Source: Owenia fusiformis
Lineage: Eukaryota
Direction: 5' to 3'
Assembly (NCBI GenBank): GCA_903813345.2
Contig: CAIIXF020000001.1
Span: forward strand, 12,772,001 to 12,836,000
Length of the DNA stretch: 64,000 bases
Shown here in pieces: positions 25,501 through 36,900 of this stretch. The position numbers and the translations under genes were made by a program. The notes beneath the pieces are model-generated. The model searched no databases. It was not told where the DNA came from and saw nothing but the letters and a program-made list of their open reading frames with translations. The number at the start of each line of letters is the position of its first letter. The first letter of the stretch is position 1.

Positions 25501-28500
25501 ATAAAGATGCTTTTTGTAACTGTTGTTTCAGATCTGTCAGAAGGAGATATAGATAGAAGTGAAGAGGTAAGATAATCTAAATATTCAACAACAAGAAAAC
25601 AGCAACTCCACAGAGTAGAAAATTCCAACGAACAAAAGATTCATGAATCTGTTTATGTCACAATATAATGTTTACCATCTATTCTACCCTAGAGAAAATG
25701 AGACAGACATTAAAGATATATCAGAATGTCCACCAGTTTTGGTTGGCCATTTTTAAGTTTCACTGGCACAAACAATATTTGTGATATAATGCAGGATAAT
25801 GTAACCATACTTTGGACATAAATATATCCCTAAAAGACCATGTGTAGTATGGCAAGTGACTTTAGACGGTCATATCTTTCACCATGAGTACTTTCTGGGC
25901 ATAAATACAGTGGTTTTTATTAAAAAAATATGTTTTCTTTCAAGTGAAGTACCCATGATAATAAAAATATCAATCGAACAATTCGAAAAATTATGAATAG
26001 GGACCCCATGTCAACATTTTTTCAAAATATCGAACCTATTTACTCAAAAGAGGATCTCCCTTTTCTGATTTTTATTGCATGAAAAGATTATTCAACAAGG
26101 GGTCTAAAACATCTTCAAAAATATAATTGTACTGAAAGTCTAGTTTTGAAGATATCAATTTTCAATGACCAAAACAATGGATAGCACGAGTTTTCCCTGA
26201 TAGAGCCCATGGGGAAAATAACATGGGATATGTGGTTTTTAACTTTAACGCATTTCAATACGCATCCCCTTTTCAGAAATTGTTCATATAGTGTAGAAGA
26301 ATTTTTTGATATGTTTAAATTGAGAAAAGCAAGGTCCTCTTTTTAGAAAATAAGCCTAACATTTTTTAAAAATTGCCAGGGTAGGGCCCTAATCCATAAT
26401 TTTTCAGAGAGTTGGATTAATATTTCACTATCATGAGGACTTCACTTGAAAGAAAACATATTGTTTTAATAAAAACCATTGTTTTTATGGCCAGAAAGTA
26501 CTCATGGTGAAAGATATGACTGTCTAAAATCACTTGCCATACTACACATGGACCTTTTGTGAATTTCCACTTTAGGCAGCAATTTTGAATTTTCCTTTGC
26601 ACAATTCAGAAATATAATATTCTAACTTCCTAAGGCAACTGTTGTAATATATAATGACTTTCACAATTCTTATCCAGATAAAAAGTTTCTGTTAATGACA
26701 CCTAATTATCAATGGTTGATCTTTTTCAAATAAATATGATAAACATATTCATGAGCAAGTAATATTTACAGACACTGAAACTGTATTGACTTTGTACTTT
26801 TGATCTTCTGCAAAAGTTAATACATTTGATCTTTCAAAATTGCAAATTGCCTTTTACACAAGTTAATATTATCAAATTAAAATCTCTCTGATAGTTATGG
26901 ATGATATAAATTTTCTTCAGAAATTCAAATCTGCGAGAACAGGAGATTCTGCCTTGAGATGGCCAAGGGGAAAGGTGATATATGCAATTGATAAAATGAA
27001 AATATGTAAGTATTCTATAAACCCATATTATATTGATATTTTGATTTCTGTAGTGTCTTGATTTTTTTAAAAGCATTTACTTAAGATTTACAATGAACAA
27101 CTACACAACAAAATTCTGAAAGTCCATGGAAAGTCTATATTAAGAGTCTATATGATAATGGTTGGACTAACCCTGAATATTAAATTAATGAATTCTCTAA
27201 AAGGCACTATTCAAATGAGAAAAAGCCTTACGCCCGGGGCATTAAGTGGGTCATATACTATATGCCCATACTAATCTGTTTCAGCATCAAGAACGAGTGC
27301 AAATATAACAAAGGCAATGAAAATGATAGAAGATGCTGTTGCAATTCGTGGAAAAAAGTGCATAGAATTTTCACCAAAATCATATTCTGATGATGACTTT
27401 GTCTTTTTAACTAGCAAAAATGGGTAATTGGATAAATAATTTTCTTTCTTTAGTTTAGAGCTTCAAGCTTTGGATAAATGCTTATATTCCAAATAAAATA
27501 CTTAGCAAACTGCAGACAAAATGAAAACTGAAGTTTTTGACATGATCATTTCTGAAAAACAAAATTGAAATTTCATTTAAATATACCACAACATTTTGAA
27601 ATATTAAAAGTAAAAATATAAATTTTAAAATAAATAATCCATTAATCCAATGAAGGTCAACTGGAAAATAAAACCAGAACATATTTTGTATGATTTATAG
27701 GTGTTTCTCTAAGGTTGGTAAGGTGGGAGGTAGACAGGATATATCGTTGGGTATAGGCTGTAGAAAGATTGGTACAATAATACATGAGCTGTTACATTCT
27801 CTTGGGCTGGAACATGCACATACAGAAGCGAATAGGGACAATTATGTCCATGTCAATTGGAAAAATGTCATACCAGGTAAACATTTATTTATTGTCCCAG
27901 GTAACTACATTTTCACTTTGTAATTATCTTATGCTATATTTGTTGATAAATTGTTACTGATTTAACTTTTATGGAATATTAAGCTATACAGATCATATAA
28001 ACATAATTACAACATAATAGATATTTCCCAATCGCTTTAAGAGTCTAAAAGTTTTTGCAAAATCATTATTTTAGATTATAATCAACTTAATTGATTGTTA
28101 TCATGTCTTCTCACCTAGGGAAAATCATTAACTTCAAAAAGAGGGCGCTGTCAAAATATGACCATAAACCATACGACGTTGGTAGCATCATGCACTATGG
28201 AAACTTTGTCTTTTCAAAACGACCCTATCTTAAAACAATGCAGTCTAAAAAGAACCCTAAACTTATATTTGGACAAAGAAGTCACTTGAGCAAGGGAGAT
28301 ATTGCCGTTCTGAGAAAAATGTATATGTGCACAGGTAAAGTAAACTTTGTTAAAGGTTGAATCAAATCATCTATTGAATAAAAAATATCATGAAAATACA
28401 CCTGAGGAAAGCAAAAATATCTTTATCACCATTATTTCAAATTCTTTACTTAGTAGCCTTCATGTTACAAATCTTTACTTCCTGCGAAAGCTATTTGGAT

Positions 28501-29445
28501 TTTGATATAATAGCTTTCCCACGGAGCATTTGGACAGCTCAATGATCGTGACCTTTGAAATCGAATTCAGTCGATCCGCGGCTTACTTTTGGTCTCTAAC
28601 TGTGTCTTACATCAGTATCATCAATCCGTGTAAGTATTGGAGCGCTGGAGTACTTCTTTTTCGATCAAGACTTGTAATTGTTAGTCGAGTGAATCGTTTT
28701 ACTGCCAAATTCCAATATGGCGGTTTCTGCTCGGACATTTTCGTAAATCTCCGGAGGTTGTCCGAACCTAACTAATTCTCAAAATTCATTTCGTTCGTTG
28801 CGTATCTCGCACCTAGCAAACCGCCATATTGGAAATAGGTCTGTAAAACTTTAACTCGATGAACAATTTACAAGTCTTGATCGAAAAAGAAGTACTCCAG
28901 CGCTCCAATACTTACACGGATTGATGATACTGATGTAAGACACAGTTAGAGACCAAAAGTAAGCCGCGGATCGACTTAATTCAATTTCAAAGGTCACTAT
29001 TGATCAGCTGTTCACATCTCCGTTTGAGAGCCATAAGTTTCAAAATCTAACATGGCTCTCGAAGTGAGTAAACAAATCTTACTCTAATATCTCATGTTTG
29101 GCTTTTGCTCAACATTATTCATTGTTTATTCTATTTTCCGTTTCTTTCCATCCTGTTTTTATACCTCTTGTTTACAATGCCCACTCCCCTTATATACCAA
29201 GCTGAACCCCACTTGTATGATGAAAATGTGGTTGCTCTGAACATCATTATTAAGAAACTTGTTATATTGTTGTAGCAAAAGGATCTGGAGTTAAGAGTAA
29301 CACTGTGAAAAAATCATACGCACAGCCTAAACCTAAAACCACAAAAAAAGCACCATTAAGACAACAATCTACTAGACGAAATTATGGATCGTCTTCTGTG
29401 CGCCGCACATCTGCAACAACACGAAGAAGATTTGTTGCTGGTTGA
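22538..29445 (+). CDS. Astacin-family (M12A) zinc metalloendopeptidase, paralog 1; 9 exons, 330 aa
   Basis: join(22538-22609,24841-24913,25289-25315,25532-25566,26921-27005,27285-27423,27701-27876,28119-28334,29276-29445); all introns GT-AG; 993 nt in frame. Signal peptide MKNKLLFLAYFIGLLLISNS, acidic propeptide with NPEE..LSEGDI, RWPRGKVIY, GCFSKVG, HELLHSLGLEH, SIMHYG Met-turn, FGQR...S..DI, basic tail. Confidence 0.9.
24060..24820. repeat. Tandem satellite, ~114-bp unit, ~6.5 copies, in intron 1 of astacin 1
   Basis: ctgattcttcctttagtatg...ggttcacataatgtgcacca recurs at ~24178, 24291, 24405, 24519 and 24633. Confidence 0.95.
25832..26557. mobile_element. Long-TIR MITE, Kolobok-like ends (partial copy at 31141-31300)
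   Basis: ccatgtgtagtatggcaagtga...ctttcaccatgagtactttctgg is matched by its inverse at ~26490-26557. Inverted similarity extends >150 bp. Confidence 0.75.
28475..29071. mobile_element. Palindromic MITE with 8-bp TSD ACAAATCT in intron 8 of astacin 1
   Basis: Ends are TTACT.. / ..AGTAA. ACAAATCT lies at 28467-28474 and 29072-29079. An internal ~110-bp stretch (~28569-28679) is an essentially perfect inverse of ~28865-28976. Confidence 0.85.
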
Positions 29446-29976
29446 CAATTGTTGAAATCTCCATGACAAACTAAAATCTTATGAAAGTGATATAAAGTTT
29501 CAATTTTTAAACTGACCAGGTGATGAGAAAGAATATTGTATGAAACAATACGTTATTGTATGAAACAATACGTTGAAAGTTCAATCAGTTTGGTTATCAT
29601 TAATTGTACCAGGTGCAATAAGAAATATATTTTTCTAAATTGAAAAGTGGTGTTGAGTTTTCTTTTCTTATAGGCCTATAAGTAACAGAAATGTTGAGGT
29701 TAAATTGATCTGTAAAAATGCAATGTATGATAAGAATGCATTACATGTACTTATTATATCATTGCCTAGTTGTATCAATGAAATATAAGCAAGATACTGT
29801 ATTATACCTGAGACTAACATAACATTCTATGTTAGTCTCAGGTTATACTAACATATTACAAAAAAGATGAAAGATTTTTAAATTATCAATTGACACAAAG
29901 TGATAAATATCACACTTTGAAGACCATGATGCTCACTATGTAATTTACCCAGCATGCCCAAAACCTAGTCTGTACT

Positions 29977-30926
29977 CACAGTGTCCAACCAAAACGCTCT
30001 TACATGCACGACGGAGCGTTTCATTTACGCGGAAACGCTCCGAAGCAAAATAAAATGGCGGCTAATGAAGATTCTACTATGACCGCAAGTATTGTTTTAC
30101 TTGTTTCTCTTACATATCATACGTCATGGTGACATATTATGTACCATTCGATGAACACTACCGTGAGCAAAGATCTTATTGCTTCACCTTCTGGTGGTAA
30201 ACTGTTATTTGGTTGATCAAAGCTCCGTAGTGTAGATCGAACGAATCTGAAGTAGACGAATTGACCACAAATTACGAATTAAACTAGTATTTATAAGAAG
30301 ACGTCAATCTTTTTGTCAAAGTAGTAGATCACAAACTTGTATATTCTCATTTCCTAAACTCCCAGTCCAAATCCATTACTTGTTCTCGAGAAATCGCTTG
30401 TCTACCTCGAAACGCTCCTAAACAGATCTAGACTACCGGAGCGTTTCCAGTTCACTGTGTTAACCAGATCGGAGCGTTTCTTAAATGTGATAATGTCATC
30501 ATTTTTAAGACTGGACTTTTGGTTACCAAATCACTATTATGATGATGTATGGTGCGTTGAAGCATTGAAATTTGACCAAAATATACATTGGTGCTCTAAT
30601 CTTGGCTCAACTAATCACATGTCTCAACAAAAGGGGTTTTGACTGGTAAAATGACAAATACGTTTTTGAATTTTGATAACTATACTGCTTCGTACAGCTC
30701 TTAATTCAAACGCCAACAGCCAGCCAAGTACAACATGAATATCACAACCATCGAATGGTATACTCGAAATAAGTAACTCATACCTCTTATTCCCATTATT
30801 GGGGAAATCGTCAGACGGCTCATCATTCCCGCTCGCCAGTTGTCCCACCCTGGAGCGTTTCTTTGTTTAGTTTCAGTAATGAAACGCTCCGTCGTGCATG
30901 TAAGAGCGTTTGGGTTGGACACCGTG
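29977..30926. mobile_element. Non-autonomous Transib-like element B (950 bp, 5-bp TSD GTACT, left end CACAGTG)
   Basis: TIR CACAGTGTCCAACCAAAACGCTCTTACATGCACGACGGAGCGTTTCATT matches the inverted right end CACGGTGTCCAACCCAAACGCTCTTACATGCACGACGGAGCGTTTCATT. GTACT lies at 29972-29976 and 30927-30931. Confidence 0.9.
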
Positions 30927-32313
30927 GTACTGGCATCTGTAAAATTTTCAAGTTGATGAACAGGTTAATGGTTTTCTTGGAATTTTGATGACAAGAATTG
31001 TTCCGGGGAATTAATATGTAGTCTTTGAGAAACTTTGAAAACATTGTTTATGACCTAGTTTGATGACCTTGACTTTTGAGCTTGAAAATTTCACTTTTCA
31101 GACCTCAGTAGGTATTTTTTGATTTTGATTAAACTGATCTAAAGGTCCATGTGCAGTATGGCAAGTGATTTAAGACAGTCATATCTTTCACCATGAGTAC
31201 TTTCTGGGTATAAATACAGTGGTTTTTATTGAAATAATATGTTTTCTTTCAAGTGAAGTGCCCATGATGATAAAAATATCAATCAAACAATTCGAAAAAT
31301 TGAAGTTGAATAATTGAATAAAAAAGTGTCACAAGTGTTTGGACAGACATACAGTTATTGATAACAATAGCTCACTCACTTGAGCTAAAAATGGGATTTC
31401 ATAGTTTCAATATTTTCTGAGTAATAATATTTGTAAAATATGAAGCCATAAATTTTGGTCACTGGTATTTCCACAAATGAAAGTGATCCCTCGTGCACAA
31501 ACAGGCAATTTAATAAAAATGTAGACAATACCAAAGCCAATATGAACAGATGTCTGGTTATTATGATATGTTATAGGCTTTCCCATCATTAAAGGTATTA
31601 ATAGCTAAAAAAGAAAAAGAAAATTCATTATTAATTTAATTAAGACAACCTATCTTTAAAACAAAACCATGGTATCAAAACTGCTACTAGAATTAGGGTT
31701 TACGAAAAAGACAGACCGCCGACCACCGTCCAGTCACTCTCCCCAGTTATAGGTACATATGGGTGGTGGTCGGCCCCGAGAATTATAGCACAACCATGCA
31801 TTTTATTAGATTCTGTTTTTATTCTACCTTTGGAAGGTTTTGCAGCTAAGTCTATAACAAAAGTTTAAAAGATTTTAGATCATAATAAGTTATATAAATC
31901 TCACTTTGCAAAAGTGAATGTTAACCTATGCCTTTCCAAACTGTCATATTTTGAACAAGAATACAAAATAATAAAAAACTGACAAAAGTTTCAAAATAAA
32001 GAGAAGATTTCATTTACTCTGACTCAGATATAAAGCTGAGTTAATCAGCTAAATTATATGTCTCACTAGTCCTCATTCAAGTAAGATGTACAGGGTAAGG
32101 ATGATTCAGAAATGATATTTGAGTTATTTGAACAAATTGGTGTGAGCCCATTTCCACTAACAATGAGTATCACTGTTCTCCAGCTTTCAGTCATTGGGGG
32201 TGCAATAGTGGAATAATTAAGCAAGCCAAAAACAATGTCTGTATTTAAATTAGTTAGGGGGGGGACTGGCTATGCCTATGCTGTTTGTCCTCCATCTATT
32301 CTAGAGAACAAAA

Positions 32314-33452
32314 ATTAGTACCGTGGGTACTGGGCTCACATGGTGTTGCTCAAAAGTGAAAAAAAAACGGATATAATTTTTTGCCGAAATTTTGTAACAA
32401 AATTATTTCATACAACTACTCTTTACAAAGACATGGCTTTTTACAATACAGGACACCTGAAATTATTTGTAAAGCTAGGAAATGGGCCAAAAGTGAATTT
32501 CCCCGAGACAAAAATGGTGCCCATTTTGAAAATAGGCGAGATTTTGAAGCAGGAGTCAAAGTTTTTTTTTCTTTATTGATGTTGAACAAAAATATTTTAA
32601 AACAGGATTAATCCTATCTACAGAGGACTTAAAAAGAGCCAAGTGTTGACAGACAGAGGTTTTAAAACTTGCCACTATTTTGGACTGACTAAGAGACAGA
32701 TGGACAAATCAATGTTAACTAAAATGGCTGAAGATAAAAAAAGGATATGATTTTTTTGTCAATTTTTGTAACAAAATTATTTCATACAACTACTCTTTAC
32801 ATTGAAATGGATTTTTACAATGCAGGACACCTGAAATTATTTGTAAAGCTAGGAAATGGGTCAAAAGTGAATTTCGTGAGACAAAAATGGCGGCCATTTT
32901 GAAAATAGGCGAGCTTTTGAAGCAGGAGTCATAGGGGAGTTTTCTCTATTGATGTTGAACAGAAATAACTTAAAACGGGAATCCTATCGACAGAGGTTTT
33001 AAAACGTGCCACTATTGTAAACGGAAAATTGGAATTCGCAAGACAGATGGACAAATCAATGTTAACTAAAATGTATTAAAATAAAAGAATGGATATAATT
33101 TTTTGGTGATTTTTTGTAACAAAATTATTTCATATATCTACTCTTTACATTGACATGGATTTTTACAATGCAGGACACCTGAGATTATTTGTAAAGCTAG
33201 GAAATGGCTCAAAAGTTAATTTCGCGAGACAAAAATGGCAGCCATTTTGAAAATAAGCGAGCTTTTGAACCAGGAGTCATAGGGGAGTTTTCTGTATTGA
33301 TGTTGAACAGAAATAACTTAAAACAGGAATCCTATCGACAGAGGTTTTAAATGTGCCACTTTTGTTGACAGACGGACGGACGGACGGACGCACGCATGGA
33401 CAGACAGACGGACAAGTGAGTGATTGCAAAAGCTCACCATGTGAGCTAAAAA
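32314..33452 (+). mobile_element. Helentron-associated (HINE/DINE-type) non-autonomous element with ~350-370-bp tandem core repeats
   Basis: 5' palindrome agtaccgtgggtact followed by gctcacatggtg. Three core repeats (32391, 32763, 33112). (GACG)n tract at ~33367-33412, then 3' hairpin agctcaccatgtgagct and an A-run. Confidence 0.7.
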
Positions 33453-33742
33453 TGTTCACAAAGTTCAAAGTGGTGCTTAAACTTTTGTGTCATCCTGTAT
33501 ATTTTTATCAAGTTATGATAAATTAAGGTGGCTACTCAGTTAGGGTCATATAATGACAATATTTAAATTCTCTGAAAAGGGTATAAGCTTGTGTTTTGCA
33601 TAATCTTATAACTAAGCCTAGTAAGCTTTGTGCATCTTTATGAGGATGGATATATTTACATAATGTTAAATGAAAAGCACAATCACCAGAATATTTATAA
33701 GAAATAAGGGTAATTAATTGAATTCATATTTTATATAGTTAA

Positions 33743-33785
33743 AACACCTTAATATGAAAACAAATGCTTCTGTTTCACCTGACTA
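33743..33785 (+). promoter_or_regulatory. Conserved upstream block shared with astacin paralog 3 (62605-62649)
   Basis: aacaccttaatatgaaaacaaatgcttctgtttcacctgacta versus aacaccttaatacaaaaacaaatgcttctctgtttcacctgacta, 214 and 182 bp before the respective ATGs. Confidence 0.55.
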
Positions 33786-33998
33786 GTTTTCAGCTTAATT
33801 TCATCCATCTAAACAATTGGCATCTATATTATATAGGATACCTAAATTTAAGCCTTTGGGAAGCTGTCATATTCCCAAAGTGGAATTTGCTTATATAAAA
33901 CCTGTCAATAACTGCAGGCACTATCTCGATGGCCATAGTGTTTAAAAGGGATTCATCGCTCAACTGGTGACAGAACTCAGGATCTCAGGAAAACAACA

Positions 33999-36900
33999 AT
34001 GAATGTTTTAACATTTAAATATCTATTACTCCTCATTGGACTGCTTGGAGCACATGCTCGGGTAAGTTATAAGCTCAAAGATCAGGTCTATTTAACAGAC
34101 TTAATTGGTCCATTAGCTTTTTTTTAAAACCAATTGCATGCCTAATTCCATGTTCATATATACTTGTAGGGGCTAAAAGAGGGGTTTATTGACACCTGTC
34201 CTTTCGTAAAGAAATGCAATAGGTAGATTAGTGTATAAAAACAATGTTGAATTGAAAACTTGAGATACATATTAAACAAAGAGGAATGGCACTATTATAA
34301 TATAAATTATAATAGAAATCAGTTTGTCACCTGTATTGGCACAGTCTTCATGAGAAAGAATTGCTATTTATTCAATAATACTACTGTTTTTCCTGGGAAA
34401 TAAAATCATATTATCCCTCTTAAAATCATATATACTCGAAAAATCATATTGTCCCTGGAAAAAAATCATATTGTCCCTATTTTTTTCAAAAAAGTTTTTT
34501 TTTCAAAAAATCATTTTAATATCGCCAAATCTGCCAAATTAAAACGTCCATCAAATTAAAGCAATTTACAGTACATGTGTATGATTCTGTTGTCTATTAT
34601 ATATAAATGTATATATAAATGTCTATTGTCACTCAAGTATAAGATAAATATAGGTTATTTCATGCTTGATTTTCAATATGAATTTTATTCCACGGGAAAT
34701 ATGACATTATACTTGAGTGACAATAGACATTTATATATACATTTATATATAATAGACAACAGAATCATGTACATGTACTGTAAATTGCTTTAATTTGATG
34801 GACGTTTTAATTTGGCAGATTTGGCGAATTGATAAAAACTGCCAAATTAGGTCTCCGCCAATTTTTTGAAAACAAAATTCCAGGGGATTTTGGTCCAGTG
34901 CATTTTACATGTGTTGCCTTGCACGATAAAACTTTGGTGAAAATATTGGTAAAATGTCAGAGGTTTAGATAAAACAATTTAATGGCAGGAGAGATAAAAT
35001 TGCATTATCACTGGCGAGCTGCGAAGTGATTAATATGATTGATGAATGTCAATCCGTCAAATTGAATAGCAGCCAAAATTTGCCCAATCCCCCAAATTAA
35101 AGCAATTTATAGTGTATAATCTTATTTTTTATTTATTTAATTATATTTTTTCTGGAGTTATCCTATCAGCCAATATGATTGTGAAGTTACTTTGCCAGAA
35201 TCTGGTTCATTGACAGACACGTTAAAATTCATTAAATACACTTCACTTGCAAACAAAATACCGTGAACACTATTAGTATAGTAGGAACAAGGGGTTCCCA
35301 TGCACCCATAAGGTGTGAATAAGTTACATACATTTTTGTAATCCCTAGGGTGTCTATTTAATGAATTCATTTGTTAACATTGCCAACTAATGTCCCATAG
35401 TACTTTTATGGCGGCATTCAGTTACCATGGTTACGCATCTTTAGACATCTTACCTTGGTATCTTAAATCATTTGTAGCTCTGTCATTATTTGGTCTATAG
35501 AAATGATATTGGTACCAAATTGAACCTCGTTAAATTTTCAATAAATTTCTGATATTCAATTATGCAAATTATCTAATTTGCATAAATTATGACGTCATCA
35601 ATCTATTTTTGGTTCAGAATTTCCAACTATAGCAACGTATCTATTAGAACTGAGGCCGTATGGCAAAATTTCTGAAAGGTTTTGTCCTTTATTCTATTAG
35701 AAGAAGGTATAAGCAACATAAAAGTGAAAACAGATTCAAAATTGAATCAGTATTACGAAAGTTATGTAACTTTCGAGGCAGCTATCGTGAATGTCATTAT
35801 TTGACAATAATATACATACATCTTACCTTGGAGTCTTGAATCAATGTAGCTTCGCCATTATTTGGTCTATAGAGATGATATTGGTATCTAATTAAACCTT
35901 ATTAAATTTACTATATGGTTACAATATTCAAGTATGCAAATTAGCTAATTTGCATTAATTGTGACGTCATCAATCCATTTTTGGTTCAGAATATCCTAGT
36001 ATAGCAACATATCTATTAGAACTGAGGCCGTATGACAGAATGTGTGCATAGTTTTGTCCCTTATTTGATGAGTGGAAGATATAAGCAACATTAAAGAGAC
36101 AACAAATCTTCAAAATTGGATCAGAATTAACAAAATTATCCAGCTTTGGAGGCAGCTACTGTGAACGTCATTGTTTGACAATTATAAAAAGAATATTAAA
36201 TTAACAAAAAAAGTAACAACCATAGTTGTTTCAATCTTATTGAGTAAAAATGTGCATGTATTGAACTGAACTAATAAGTATGTGGAAAGCTTACATGTAT
36301 TTTGACTATCATTCACAGGGGTCAAAACGGTTATCTCGACCCTGTATATTAAAGATCCAATTTTATAATTTACCATGCACTTTCAATGATTCATATAAAT
36401 AGTATACATATAGTCTGATTTTCATCATATTCTTCATATTCTTGATTCTTAAAGTATCTGAAGTATAAAGCATGATTAGAAGTGAAGATGATTCATCATA
36501 TGGTTTATGTAATATTTCTAACATTTCAGATGCTATGGTAACATCACTTGATAATGAGGTTTTTACATTTCACGTTCTTAATGAGTTAGAAGAAAGTTAT
36601 TCTCCCTTTGCTTTAGAGATAAATAGTCACATGAATTTGTTTAAAAAAATTATAACTTAATTTAACCCCCTCCTGACAGCCCCCATATTTGAAGATTTTG
36701 GTGAAACCTGGCAAAATACATTAATTATTAGGTTCCAGAAGCCCCTAGAAGCTATATGATGGCCCCCAGTGGCCCCAAGAATCTATACAGGGGCCCCAAG
36801 TGGCCCCCAGAAGGTATACGATGGCCCCCAGAAGCTATACAAGGGCCCACAGAAACTATACTGTGGTCTCCAGAAGCTATATGGTGGCCCCCAGTGGCCC

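Noticed and set aside
29977-30020. Full 12/23 RSS with nonamer
   Set aside because: Only the heptamer matches. The A-rich ACCAAAACG lies 4 bp after it, not at 12 or 23 bp.
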